The translations under genes and the position numbers were made by a program. From the NCBI GenBank assembly GCA_016926175.1, contig JAFGPA010000031.1, positions 7,075 through 71,074 of the forward strand: DNA of 64,000 nt. The letters are read 5' to 3'. This DNA comes from Candidatus Micrarchaeota archaeon. GTDB taxonomy: Archaea > Micrarchaeota > Micrarchaeia > Anstonellales > Bilamarchaeaceae. Positions 21,116 to 30,708 of this stretch are shown here, in pieces (position 1 is the first letter of the stretch; the number at the start of each line of letters is the position of its first letter). The notes below the pieces were generated by a model. That model saw nothing but the letters and a program-made list of their open reading frames with translations, was not told the DNA's origin and made no database searches.

Positions 21116-23032
21116 ATGAGAGGTATCCTTTTTTTGTCGCTGATGTTGCTTTTTGGGTGCATTTCCATTTCAGGAGATGCATGTCCCCCGGTTAATGATC
21201 CTGTTTGTGGTGCAGATGGCAAAACATATTCAAACAGCTGCTTTGCTGCAGCTGCAGGCGTTGCTGTTGAATCCAAAGGGGAATGCTTCAATTGTGTGGA
21301 CCGTGATGGCGGTAAAGACATATTTGTAAAAAGCATGCTGTCCTCAGGAGAACAGGATTCCTGTCTTGATTCCGGAACAGTGATTGAGTATTACTGCGAT
21401 GGCAAAAACAAAACATATGAACATATCTTCTGCCCTGAAAACTATATCTGCCTGGACGGCGCATGCATCAAGACGGATATTGATTGCGTGGACAGTGACG
21501 GAAACGACATTTTTGTAAAGGGAAATGTCAGCTTCGATAAACTTTATTATGATCATTGTTCCAATTCTTGGAATATCAATGAATTCATATGTGAATACGG
21601 AGAAGTGAAAAAAATATCAGGAGCCTGCCCTGAAGGTTATATGTGTTCTGACGGTGCATGCTCTAATTCATCCTGCACTGATACAGATGGCTTTGATATT
21701 TTTGCTGAAGGGGTGGTAACTTTTAACGGCACTACTTTCAGCGACAGATGCACGGACAGCAAATCCGGAATTGAATATACGTGTTCGGACAACGGGGCCA
21801 ACGAATTTACTCCATTCTATTGCCCTGAAGGCTTCCGCTGCATCGGAGGCTCATGCAAACCATACTGCGAAGATCTTGATGGCGGTTCAAATTACTATCA
21901 GAAGGGATCTGTGGTAATAGGGACAGAGGTTCACACAGACGTCTGCCAGAATTCAATAGAGCTTATAGAACATATTTGCAAAGAATCCGGTTACACGATA
22001 ATCACATATCCCTGTCCGTCTGATTTCATATGCCATCAGGGCAGATGCATATCCAGGCTTTGCCAGGATCCTGACGGCAAAGATATTTTCACATCAGAAA
22101 CTACGACAAAAGGAACAGAATCAAAAACTGACAGCTGCGTCAGCAGTTCTACTGTAAGGGAGTATTTTTGCTCCAGCAACACAATACACTACAATGATTT
22201 TCTATGCCCGCCCGAAACAGTATGTTTGAATGGAAAATGCATTAAGGAAATTTTATGCGATGACAGCGACGGAGGAATCAATATCTTTCAGGCCGGAAAA
22301 GTCACAAGGACAGGGTCCCAGCCGGTATCTGACTTTTGTGTGGACTCAAAACAAATAAATGAATACTATTGTTCTTCAGAAGGAATTTCAGTGGCAACTT
22401 TTTCGTGTGGAAACGGATACCGCTGTCAGAATGGAACATGCATAGAATTTTGCGAAGAAACTGATGGCGGAAAGAATTTCCAGGTTGCAGGAATCACTTA
22501 TCTTGGAAACAGAAGCCATGCCGACAAATGCTCTGATGGATTTCTTGTGGAGTATTACTGTTCCTCCGATTTCATATTAAGCGAAGTAAATGAATGCGGA
22601 CCGGGAGAAAAATGCCAGGACGGAAAGTGCACAGCCAGCTGCTCAGATTCCGATGGCAACTCTCCATATGTTCGCGGAACGGTTACATTCGGAACGGAAA
22701 ATTACGTTGACTACTGTGAATTCTACCGTTCAAAGAAGGGCACGGAGTATGTATGTGGTGAAAGCGGCCCTGAAGCGGTCCAGTTTACCTGTTCTGCCGG
22801 ATATATCTGCTATGATGGATTATGCAATCCTGCCTGTGAAGACAGTGATGGCACAGACAGGTATACCAAAGGAACTGTGTATGTGGGGAATCAGACAAGC
22901 ACTGATTTTTGCACCTCCGATTCAACAGGAACCGAATACATCTGCAGCAGCGGACAGCTTTCAGAGATCTCATTTGAATGCCATGTTGGCCAGATGTGCC
23001 AGGACGGCAGGTGTGTGCAGAGAACCGGTTAA
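21116..23032 (+). CDS. Secreted/lipid-anchored Kazal-domain protein with nine tandem 6-Cys repeats
   Basis: ORF 21068..23032 has a GTG start. The ATG at 21116 gives MRGILFLSLMLLFGC, a signal plus lipobox-like sequence. The Kazal signature is CPPVNDPVCGADGKTYSNSCFAAAAGVAVESKGEC. Nine repeats of about 63 aa follow, of the form C-x-D-x-DG...D-x-C...EY-x-C...C-P-x-G-[YF]-x-C-x-x-G-x-C. Confidence 0.8.
   Translation: MRGILFLSLMLLFGCISISGDACPPVNDPVCGADGKTYSNSCFAAAAGVAVESKGECFNCVDRDGGKDIFVKSMLSSGEQDSCLDSGTVIEYYCDGKNKTYEHIFCPENYICLDGACIKTDIDCVDSDGNDIFVKGNVSFDKLYYDHCSNSWNINEFICEYGEVKKISGACPEGYMCSDGACSNSSCTDTDGFDIFAEGVVTFNGTTFSDRCTDSKSGIEYTCSDNGANEFTPFYCPEGFRCIGGSCKPYCEDLDGGSNYYQKGSVVIGTEVHTDVCQNSIELIEHICKESGYTIITYPCPSDFICHQGRCISRLCQDPDGKDIFTSETTTKGTESKTDSCVSSSTVREYFCSSNTIHYNDFLCPPETVCLNGKCIKEILCDDSDGGINIFQAGKVTRTGSQPVSDFCVDSKQINEYYCSSEGISVATFSCGNGYRCQNGTCIEFCEETDGGKNFQVAGITYLGNRSHADKCSDGFLVEYYCSSDFILSEVNECGPGEKCQDGKCTASCSDSDGNSPYVRGTVTFGTENYVDYCEFYRSKKGTEYVCGESGPEAVQFTCSAGYICYDGLCNPACEDSDGTDRYTKGTVYVGNQTSTDFCTSDSTGTEYICSSGQLSEISFECHVGQMCQDGRCVQRTG
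21293..23029 (+). repeat. Nine protein-level tandem repeats (about 63 aa, 6 Cys each) inside the Kazal-domain CDS
   Basis: The repeat starts are CVDRDGG, CVDSDGN, CTDTDGF, CEDLDGG, CQDPDGK, CDDSDGG, CEETDGG, CSDSDGN and CEDSDGT. The repeats are divergent at the DNA level. Confidence 0.8.
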
Positions 23033-24069
23033 AACAATGTCGTCTGACCGCCAAGATCCATGAAATTTCCGAACTTTATCCCTATCCTGCGCACATGATG
23101 CTTATTTTCTTTCAGGAATTCTTCTATTAGCATCTCCCGTTCCTTCCGGGTATTCATATTCCATTGTTTTGGATGGTTGAAGGATAAAGATCTTGTGTGT
23201 ATCCTGAGGTCATCTGTAATGAAAATAACTGTCAGTGTTCTGTAGGATTTTTTTGCATGCATCATCCACTCCAGAGGGTCTTTTTCAAGTCCATCCAGTT
23301 TTTCCATAAGAATGTGAACTTCCCTCGTTGTTTCCTTTAAAGTGCCTATTCTGCTTACTTCTTCCTGTTCTTTTTCTTCTCCAAGCCCTTTGTCATAGCT
23401 GCCCTGGCCAAGATCATGGAGCCATGCACCTGTTTTCCGTCCAAAGGTTTCTACGAGCCGGCCCACGTCCACAGAAGCAATATCCTTCACTTTTATTACT
23501 CCCAGAACGGCAAGCGCTTCAGCAGTTTTCCTTCCGATTCCGGGAACTTTTTCCACATCAGATTCATCAATAAGTTTTTTTTCTTTTTCCTGGTCGAGAA
23601 TCAGAATGCCATTGGGCTTTGCCTTTGAGGCTGCCATTTTTGCTCCCAGAAGAGAGGGGGCAGCGCCTATTGTGGAAGTCAGTCCGGTTGCCCTTTGTAC
23701 GGCATCCTTCAATTCCGGGGCTTTTGAGGTATCATCCTCTATCATCCACTCATCAATGCTTGCCTGCACCACTTTCCTGCAATGCTTTCTTATGATCTCA
23801 TCGATGTACATGGAAACCTGTATATAGTAATCCTTGTCCGCAGGCAGAAAAATGGAATCTGCCGGCGGAGCCTTTTTCTTTGCAAGGACAATTGGCATTC
23901 CCGATTTTATCCCTGCTTCCCTGCCAAGATAATTGACAGTGCTCACAACTCCGGAATTTTCCGTTTTTCCGCTATAGATGCAGACGACAATGATCTTATC
24001 CTTTGCCATTGGCCTCCTTTTTTCTTCTACCTGCGCATAGAAATAGTCCATATCAAGGTGAAGGTACAC
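23029..24069 (-). CDS. dinB: Y-family DNA polymerase IV (Dpo4/DinB)
   Basis: MYLHLDMDYFYAQVEEKRRP...VVCIYSG...NSGVVSTVNYLGREAGIKSGMPI closely follows the Dpo4 N-terminal pattern. 346 aa. Confidence 0.92.
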   Translation of the reverse strand: MYLHLDMDYFYAQVEEKRRPMAKDKIIVVCIYSGKTENSGVVSTVNYLGREAGIKSGMPIVLAKKKAPPADSIFLPADKDYYIQVSMYIDEIIRKHCRKVVQASIDEWMIEDDTSKAPELKDAVQRATGLTSTIGAAPSLLGAKMAASKAKPNGILILDQEKEKKLIDESDVEKVPGIGRKTAEALAVLGVIKVKDIASVDVGRLVETFGRKTGAWLHDLGQGSYDKGLGEEKEQEEVSRIGTLKETTREVHILMEKLDGLEKDPLEWMMHAKKSYRTLTVIFITDDLRIHTRSLSFNHPKQWNMNTRKEREMLIEEFLKENKHHVRRIGIKFGNFMDLGGQTTLF

Positions 24070-24119
24070 AATATTTTTTCCCTGCGAATCTTTATTTAGT
24101 TTCCTTATTCAATCTATCC

Positions 24120-24842
24120 ATGAATGTTTACCATGAAATGGCCAGACATTACGATCTGATCTATTGCGATGAATATGACATTGACTTTTATCTTCTTGAG
24201 GCCAAAAATGCAAGAGGACCTGTTCTTGAAGTCGCCTGCGGAACCGGCAGGATAATGCTGAGGCTCCAGAAAGAGGGCATAGACATATCCGGGCTGGACC
24301 TTTCAAAAGAAATGCTGGATATCCTAAAGTCCAATGCAAAAGAGCTTGGCATAGCTCCAACGGTTTATCATGCCAATATGGTCGATTTCCAGCTGGACAG
24401 GAAATTCAATCTCATAATCGTGCCATACAGGAGTTTTCTTCACCTTCATCCGGATGAAAGGGAAAAAGCCCTTAAAAATTTCCATAAACATCTTAATCCC
24501 GGAGGGCGGCTGATCATTCACACCTACAACGTCAGTGAAGATGAAAAAAACATGACTGGCGACTATCATCTTTTTGAACACGAGGATCTTGAAAAGAACG
24601 GGAAGAAATACTCAATTGACTGGTTCCTTAAATATCAGTCAGGATCCGGCAGCTACCGGATTGTGATGATTCTTGATGGCAAAGAACTGGCATATGAAAT
24701 GAAAATCCACTATGTTTCTTCAAAGGAAATGAACGGGCTTCTGAAAAAAGCCGCATTCCGAAACATCAAACAGTACTGCAATTTTGACTATTCGCCCTAC
24801 AATGATGGCTGCAGCGAGGTGGTTTGGATTGCTGATCGATAA
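24120..24842 (+). CDS. Class I SAM-dependent methyltransferase
   Basis: ORF 24003..24842. The ATG at 24120 (MNVYHEMARHYDLIY) avoids overlap with dinB. Motif I is VLEVACGTGRI. Confidence 0.8.
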   Translation: MNVYHEMARHYDLIYCDEYDIDFYLLEAKNARGPVLEVACGTGRIMLRLQKEGIDISGLDLSKEMLDILKSNAKELGIAPTVYHANMVDFQLDRKFNLIIVPYRSFLHLHPDEREKALKNFHKHLNPGGRLIIHTYNVSEDEKNMTGDYHLFEHEDLEKNGKKYSIDWFLKYQSGSGSYRIVMILDGKELAYEMKIHYVSSKEMNGLLKKAAFRNIKQYCNFDYSPYNDGCSEVVWIADR

Positions 24843-25296
24843 AATCCGGAATTTTTTCAATAAGCCTTCCGAATTCGTGAAATTCAGGGATCCGCTGGGC
24901 AATTTTGAAATATTCTATCCAAAAAACTGGAAGTTCGACCGTGATATTGCAGTAGATGACAGCAAGTACGCCGTTTCATTCGAATCAGGTTCAAAGAGGG
25001 TGACTGTTTTTGTTGATTTCCGGCTTCCGGAAAAATTCAATTTCAGGAATTATGTGAAAAAAGAATTTGAAGGCCCTTCCTCCGGGATCATTTCAAACAT
25101 GAAAAAAACCACTTTTCGCGGAATGCCTGCCTATTCACGGGATTACCTTTACATTTCATCAGGAAATAAATACATGAGCAAAGGCATAATTTTTTATACT
25201 GGAAACAAGGTATACCAGATTGCCTGGTTCGGCCCTTCTGATTTCCCTGAAGAAATTTTCGAGCATATGAAAAAATCTCTTATGGTGAGACCATGA
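24802..25296 (+). CDS. Hypothetical protein
   Basis: ORF 24784..25296 has a TTG start, and the first ATG is at 24802. The start is uncertain and the ORF overlaps the upstream gene. No motif recognised. Confidence 0.45.
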   Translation: MMAAARWFGLLIDKIRNFFNKPSEFVKFRDPLGNFEIFYPKNWKFDRDIAVDDSKYAVSFESGSKRVTVFVDFRLPEKFNFRNYVKKEFEGPSSGIISNMKKTTFRGMPAYSRDYLYISSGNKYMSKGIIFYTGNKVYQIAWFGPSDFPEEIFEHMKKSLMVRP

Positions 25297-26195
25297 TTCC
25301 AGATGCATTCAAGAAACGCTATTCGGAACTGGCAGATGATTCCGGATTTTTTGCATGCCTTGAAACAATACTTCCAAAATCATTCCGTACAAATACTATC
25401 AAATCCAGCAGCCTGGAGATCAGGGAAAGATTTGCCGGTTATGGCATTGCCATAAAACAGATGCCATGGTACGGCGACGCATTTGTTTCGCAAACTCCTG
25501 AAATCGGGGCAACTCTTGAGCATTTTCTTGGAAAAATATATATTCAGGAGCTTGTTTCCATGATTCCTGCGCTCGTGGTGAAAAAAGAGCTGGAGAATGC
25601 ATCCCTTGTTCTTGATGCCTGCGCTGCTCCCGGGTCAAAGACCACCCAGATTGCGGCAATGATGAAAAACCGGGGAAGGCTCATTGCAAACGATCTTTCC
25701 TATTCCAGGATAAAGGCATTGCAGTTCAACCTTCAGAAAGCTGGCGCACTCAACACCATAATAACAAACCAGGACCTTCGCTTTTTTCCAAACCAGCAGT
25801 ATGACGTTGTAATTCTTGATGCACCCTGTTCTTCAGAAGGCATCATGAGAAAAAATGACAAGCTGTTCAGGACCTGGAATGAAAAAAAGATATACGGCCA
25901 TTCCAGGCTGCAGAAACAGTTGATAGTAAAGGCATTCGATCTCCTGCGGGAGGGCGGTGTGATGACTTATTCAACATGCACATTCGCACCGGAGGAAAAC
26001 GAGGAAGTAGTAGGCCATCTGCTTTCAGAGAGGAATGCCAAAATCGAAAAAATACAGCTCCCGGGCTTCAAACTCAGCAAAGGAACGACAGAATGGAGAA
26101 AAAATCAATATCCTCCTGAAGTAGAGAACTGTGTGCGCATATGGCCTCAGCATAATGATACAGGAGGATTCTTTGTTGCAATGGTGGTTAAATGA
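25293..26195 (+). CDS. NOL1/NOP2/Sun-family RNA cytosine-C5 methyltransferase (copy 1)
   Basis: DACAAPGSKT (SAM motif I), ILDAPCSSEG (motif IV Pro-Cys) and YSTCTFAPEENE (motif VI Thr-Cys). Confidence 0.88.
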   Translation: MIPDAFKKRYSELADDSGFFACLETILPKSFRTNTIKSSSLEIRERFAGYGIAIKQMPWYGDAFVSQTPEIGATLEHFLGKIYIQELVSMIPALVVKKELENASLVLDACAAPGSKTTQIAAMMKNRGRLIANDLSYSRIKALQFNLQKAGALNTIITNQDLRFFPNQQYDVVILDAPCSSEGIMRKNDKLFRTWNEKKIYGHSRLQKQLIVKAFDLLREGGVMTYSTCTFAPEENEEVVGHLLSERNAKIEKIQLPGFKLSKGTTEWRKNQYPPEVENCVRIWPQHNDTGGFFVAMVVK

Positions 26196-26602
26196 TACTG
26201 GAATATTTTGAGGACAGGTTCGGAATTCCAAAGGCGCATTTCAGCGAATACCAGCTGTATCAGGGCCACAAAGGAAAATATTATCTCGGTCCAAAAACCA
26301 TTGACCGGCCCCAGGTAATTTCGCCGGGACTTCTGATAGCAAGGGCAGAAAAACAGGTAAAGCCAACATCAAACTTTTTGCAGCTTTTTGGCCATCTGGC
26401 AACAAAGAACATTTTGGAACTGTCAAAGCCGGATGCAAAAAGGTACATTGAAGGATATGATCTCAGGATTGAAGCAAACGCAGATCCTGGCTATGTGATA
26501 GTTTCATACTCCGGCAATTTTCTGGGCTGTGCATTTCTCAAAGACGGCCTTATGACGAATAACCTGCCCAAGGCCAAAAGGCAGCAAGTGAAATACCTTT
26601 AA
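26192..26602 (+). CDS. Small PUA-like partner protein of the m5C methyltransferase (copy 1)
   Basis: 136 aa, overlapping the upstream stop by 4 nt. It is a paralog of 47944..48363 (KPTSNFLQLFGHLATKNILEL versus NPTNSFIQNFGHLAKKNIVRL). Its position and size match the C-terminal RNA-binding domain of RsmF-type enzymes; that link is inference. Confidence 0.6.
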   Translation: MILEYFEDRFGIPKAHFSEYQLYQGHKGKYYLGPKTIDRPQVISPGLLIARAEKQVKPTSNFLQLFGHLATKNILELSKPDAKRYIEGYDLRIEANADPGYVIVSYSGNFLGCAFLKDGLMTNNLPKAKRQQVKYL

Positions 26603-26625
26603 TTCTTTTCATTGATAATCCCCCT

Positions 26626-27021
26626 ATGATCCACTGCATCTTCTGTAAAATTGCATCGGGAGCGATCCCCTGCACTAAAGTCTGGGAAAATAAAAAATAT
26701 CTTGCATTTCTCGACATAAACCCCATAACTCCAGGACACACACTGCTCATTCCAAAAAAACACCACGACTATATCTTCGATATGAATGATGAAGAATACA
26801 ATGAACTGATGGGCATTGCAAAAAAACTTTCAGTTAAGATAAAAAAGTCAATGAATTCAAAAAAAATAGGCATGATGGTGGAAGGGTTTCTTGTCCACCA
26901 TACCCACATACATCTTATTCCCCTCCAAAAGGCAGGGGACCTTAATACAGAGAATGCAAAAAAAGAATCTCCTGAACGGCTAACTGTAATTGCAGAAAAA
27001 ATAAAAGCAGGTGAAATATAA
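26626..27021 (+). CDS. HIT-family nucleotide hydrolase/transferase
   Basis: CIFCKI..., PITPGHTLLIPKKH, and the histidine triad HHTHIHLIP. Confidence 0.88.
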   Translation: MIHCIFCKIASGAIPCTKVWENKKYLAFLDINPITPGHTLLIPKKHHDYIFDMNDEEYNELMGIAKKLSVKIKKSMNSKKIGMMVEGFLVHHTHIHLIPLQKAGDLNTENAKKESPERLTVIAEKIKAGEI

Positions 27022-28034
27022 TGGAAAAAAAGAGTTATCTGAAGGAAGCAATTGAACACATCGACATAAAGAAATTCGATTCATCGGAATTGATAGCATC
27101 AATGGCTAAAATGTCATTTACATCCAGAGACACTGCAAGAGCCGCAGAGATATATGACATGATGCTTGCTGACAGGGAATGCACCATAATACTAACAATA
27201 GCAGGAAGCACCGGAGCAGGGGGGTGCCTGGATCTTTATGCTGATCTTGTTGCAAACAAGATGGTTGATGCCGTGGTTGCAACAGGCGCGAGCATTGTTG
27301 ATATGGATTTCTTTGAAGCTTTGGGATTCAGGCACTACAGGGGAACGCCAAGCGTCGATGATCATGAGCTCAGATCACTTTATATTGACCGGATCTACGA
27401 TACTTTTATTGATGAAGAGCAGCTGCAGGAATGCGACAGGACAGTAACCCAAATTGCTGATTCACTCGAACCAAGGCCATACTCTTCAAGAGAATTCATA
27501 AAAGAAATGGGAAGATACCTTGTTGAACATTCCAAAAAGAAAAATTCCCTTGTTCAGGCCGCATATGAAAACAATGTGCCGGTCTTTGTACCTGCATTTT
27601 CAGACTGCAGTGCAGGATTTGGCCTTGTTCTTCACCAGCACAACCATCCGAAGAATCATCTGACTATTGATTCAGTAAAGGATTTTTATGAGCTTACAAA
27701 GATCAAGATGGAATCCAGGACATCCGGCCTCCTGATGATCGGCGGAGGGGTCCCAAAGAATTTTGCACAGGATACTGTTGTCTGCGCAGAACTGCTCGGC
27801 AAGGAAGTTCCCATGCACAGGTATGCAGTCCAGATTACCGTTGCAGATGTCCGTGATGGAGCATGTTCAAGCTCTACATTGAAGGAAGCAAGCTCCTGGG
27901 GCAAAGTCGATACTACATATGAGCAGATGGTTTATGCCGAGGCAACCTCGGTTTTACCTTTGATTGCAAGCTATGCCTACCACAAAGGAAACTGGAAAAG
28001 CAGGGAAAAAAAGGAGTTTTCAAAGATTTTTTAA
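27021..28034 (+). CDS. dys: Deoxyhypusine synthase
   Basis: 337 aa with AGSTGAGG, IGGGVPKNF and WGK motifs typical of DHS. The start overlaps the HIT stop. Confidence 0.9.
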   Translation: MEKKSYLKEAIEHIDIKKFDSSELIASMAKMSFTSRDTARAAEIYDMMLADRECTIILTIAGSTGAGGCLDLYADLVANKMVDAVVATGASIVDMDFFEALGFRHYRGTPSVDDHELRSLYIDRIYDTFIDEEQLQECDRTVTQIADSLEPRPYSSREFIKEMGRYLVEHSKKKNSLVQAAYENNVPVFVPAFSDCSAGFGLVLHQHNHPKNHLTIDSVKDFYELTKIKMESRTSGLLMIGGGVPKNFAQDTVVCAELLGKEVPMHRYAVQITVADVRDGACSSSTLKEASSWGKVDTTYEQMVYAEATSVLPLIASYAYHKGNWKSREKKEFSKIF

Positions 28035-28140
28035 TCCTGATTCGTAGTGATTACGGACGATTGTCGATATCCGGATAGTTAAATTTAAAAAGAGATTCTG
28101 GATTCTTGTCCTAGCAAAATCACATATTTGAGGTGAAACT

Positions 28141-28332
28141 ATGAATAAGATGGTAGACTTGATTGCCAATATTTTGGTAATTGTAGGAGGCCTTAACTGG
28201 GGCCTGGTAGGATTGTTGAACCTGAATCTCGTAACCCTTATCTTTGGTTCAGTTGAGATTCTTGTGACAGTTGTATATGTACTGGTGGGCCTTTCAGCAG
28301 TCGTAGTTGCTGCAGGCAAATTTATGAAGTAA
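28141..28332 (+). CDS. DUF378 small membrane protein
   Basis: 63 aa. IVGGLNWGLVGLLNLNLV is the DUF378 signature. Confidence 0.7.
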   Translation: MNKMVDLIANILVIVGGLNWGLVGLLNLNLVTLIFGSVEILVTVVYVLVGLSAVVVAAGKFMK

Positions 28333-29193
28333 TAAAAGTGCAATTTTTGCACTTTTTTCTTTATCTTTTATTTCCAGCATTATGTCAAAATCAAGCCCTT
28401 TTGACTGGTCCAGGAATTTTTTGAAGTCTTTTTGATCGATATGCTCGGTATGCTTTCCTTTTCTTCCGCCCTTTTCCTGGCTGCTGTAATCTATCATTGG
28501 AACCCCATCCTTTTTTTTCCAGGTTTTTTGTACCAGCTGCAAAGCATCCTTTATTGTTTCTCCATTGTTAAGGCAGCGATGATGTAAAACATCAAAAATT
28601 ACCGGAACTCCTGTTTTTCTGCTTATCTCCAGGCAGTCTTTCAATGAGAACAGCCGGTCGTCATTTTCTATTGCCAGCCGTTTCCTGACAGATTTACTTA
28701 GTTTATTGTATCTGTCAACAAATCTCAGAACTGCTTTTTCCTTGTCTCCATACATTCCGCCAACGTGTATCTGTACCCTGGCAGAACTGTCAAGGCCCAT
28801 CAGATCAAGAACCCTGCAATGGTATTCAAGCTCTTTAATGCTTCTTTCCGCTATTTCATTGCTGGGTGAATTTATCACAACAAACTGATCGGGATGCATG
28901 GAGATGCGCATGTTGTTCTGTTTTATGAAGCTTCCAATTTCCATAAACTGTTTTTTGAATTTTTTCTCCCATGGATAGCTGCATACGGGATGAGAAGCAA
29001 AAGGGACTATGTCGGAGCTGATTCTGAAAAACTGGAACCCGTTACTGCAGTTCCATTTCAAAATATCAAACAGGCATGCAAGGTTGCCTGATACTGCTTT
29101 CTGCATCCTTTCATCTGAATAGGAACCAAGCCTAAAAGTTGAATTGGTGGTACATCCGATTTTCCTGTTGATGCAGGGATACCCGATTTTCAT
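28294..29193 (-). CDS. uvdE: UV damage endonuclease
   Basis: 299 aa with MKIGYPCIN... at the N-terminus, a TIM-barrel UvsE/UvdE pattern (RISSD..PFASH, HPDQF, IHVGG) and LEIKDKE. It overlaps the DUF378 gene convergently by 39 nt. Confidence 0.85.
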   Translation of the reverse strand: MKIGYPCINRKIGCTTNSTFRLGSYSDERMQKAVSGNLACLFDILKWNCSNGFQFFRISSDIVPFASHPVCSYPWEKKFKKQFMEIGSFIKQNNMRISMHPDQFVVINSPSNEIAERSIKELEYHCRVLDLMGLDSSARVQIHVGGMYGDKEKAVLRFVDRYNKLSKSVRKRLAIENDDRLFSLKDCLEISRKTGVPVIFDVLHHRCLNNGETIKDALQLVQKTWKKKDGVPMIDYSSQEKGGRKGKHTEHIDQKDFKKFLDQSKGLDFDIMLEIKDKEKSAKIALLLLHKFACSNYDC

Positions 29194-29244
29194 TTATTTA
29201 AATAAGGAATCAGCATATATAAATTTACTGCAATCAATATTGTC

Positions 29245-30525
29245 ATGATAAAAATCCAGACTGCTGTTCCGGGTCCAAAATCACTGCGGATTCTGAAGAA
29301 ACTGGAGCAGAAAAACGGTGCATGGTCGGTTGCCTATCCGCTTGTTTTTTCTGGAAGGGGCGAAGGAGCGTATTGCGAAGATATAGACGGCAACTGCTTT
29401 CTTGATTTTTCATCGCAAATTGCCTCAAATCCAATGGGCTACAATCATCCTGAACTGATCGAAGTTCTAAAATCATACGCTCGCTTTCCGATAAAATATG
29501 CAGGCCAGGATTTCACAGTAAAGGAGCATCTGGACCTGATTGAGGAAATTCTTTCTGTCTCTCCAAAAGGCATGAATTCAGCATTTCTTATAAATTCCGG
29601 GGCAGAAGCGGTAGAGAATGCAATAAAAATATGCATGCGGAAAAGACCGAAAGCAAAATTCGGCATTTCAATGAAAAGGGCATTTCATGGCCGAACCCTT
29701 GGCGCACTTTCTCTTACCAATTCCAGCAGGGTCCAGAAAAAAGGATACATGAGATTTCCCATGTACAGGCTTTCCTATGATGAAACTGCCGGGGATCAGC
29801 TGGAAGACATCATAAAACGGGAAGGCGATGCGGAGGAAATAGCATTCCTGGTTATGGAGCATGTCCAGGGCGAAGGCGGATACTACATTGCACCTGCAAA
29901 AATGGTTGATTTACTAAGAAAAACAACCAAAAAATACGGTATTCCTTATATTGCAGATGAGATTCAGTCGGGAATGGGCAGGACCGGGAAGTGGTGGGCG
30001 TTTGAAAATTACGGTATAAGGCCGGATGTCTTTTCATCTGCAAAAGCATTGCAGGTAGGTGCCGTTGTTTCGGCAAAATCCATGTTTCCTGACGAAGTAG
30101 GCGCTATTTCAAGTACCTGGGGCGGAGGGGCATTGCTTGACATGGCAATATCTATAAAAACAATTCAGATCATCAAAAAGCAGAAGCTTCTTGAAAGAAA
30201 CCGAAAATTCGGAAATCTTCTCCTTAAGGGGCTGGAAGATCTGGATGTGAAAAATCAGAGGGGCATTGGCCTTATGCTTGCCTTTGATCTTGATTCTGTC
30301 AAAGAAAGGGATAATCTTGTCATTGAATGTGCCAAGCGCGGCCTGATAGTTCTTGGTTGTGCGCAGAAAAGCGTTAGGCTTGTTCCGCCTTATGTTGTTA
30401 CTGTTGAAGATGCGCAGAAAGCGCTTGAAATAATAGATGATTCGCTCAGGACGATAAGGAGAAAAGGATTCAGGCTCAGCGGAAAAATATGCAGATTTAC
30501 AAACTGCGGCAAGCACGTTATTTAG
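29245..30525 (+). CDS. Class III pyridoxal-phosphate aminotransferase (GabT/ArgD-like)
   Basis: VPGPKS, NSGAEAVENAIK, DEIQSGMGRTGKWWA, and SSAKAL (PLP lysine). 426 aa. Confidence 0.88.
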   Translation: MIKIQTAVPGPKSLRILKKLEQKNGAWSVAYPLVFSGRGEGAYCEDIDGNCFLDFSSQIASNPMGYNHPELIEVLKSYARFPIKYAGQDFTVKEHLDLIEEILSVSPKGMNSAFLINSGAEAVENAIKICMRKRPKAKFGISMKRAFHGRTLGALSLTNSSRVQKKGYMRFPMYRLSYDETAGDQLEDIIKREGDAEEIAFLVMEHVQGEGGYYIAPAKMVDLLRKTTKKYGIPYIADEIQSGMGRTGKWWAFENYGIRPDVFSSAKALQVGAVVSAKSMFPDEVGAISSTWGGGALLDMAISIKTIQIIKKQKLLERNRKFGNLLLKGLEDLDVKNQRGIGLMLAFDLDSVKERDNLVIECAKRGLIVLGCAQKSVRLVPPYVVTVEDAQKALEIIDDSLRTIRRKGFRLSGKICRFTNCGKHVI

Positions 30526-30686
30526 GTGAGAATTTGAAGGCAGTAGAGATATGCGCCAATTGCGGCCAGCTAAGAAAAAAACCGAAGGAAACCTTCGTCT
30601 GCGAAAACTGCAAATGCGAAGTTGCTGTTGTTGTGCCATATCCAATGTTCAGGAAGATGGTAGAGGCGGGCATGGCAAAGGAATAA
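30489..30686 (+). CDS. Small zinc-ribbon protein
   Basis: EICANCGQL...FVCENCKCEV has two CxxC pairs. It is a paralog of the N-terminus of 33459..33878 (EICAGCGKL...FLCSRCGSN). The start is uncertain; a TTG at 30534 would remove the overlap. Confidence 0.5.
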   Translation: MQIYKLRQARYLGENLKAVEICANCGQLRKKPKETFVCENCKCEVAVVVPYPMFRKMVEAGMAKE

Positions 30687-30708
30687 AATAACTGTTTTTC
30701 CTAGCATT

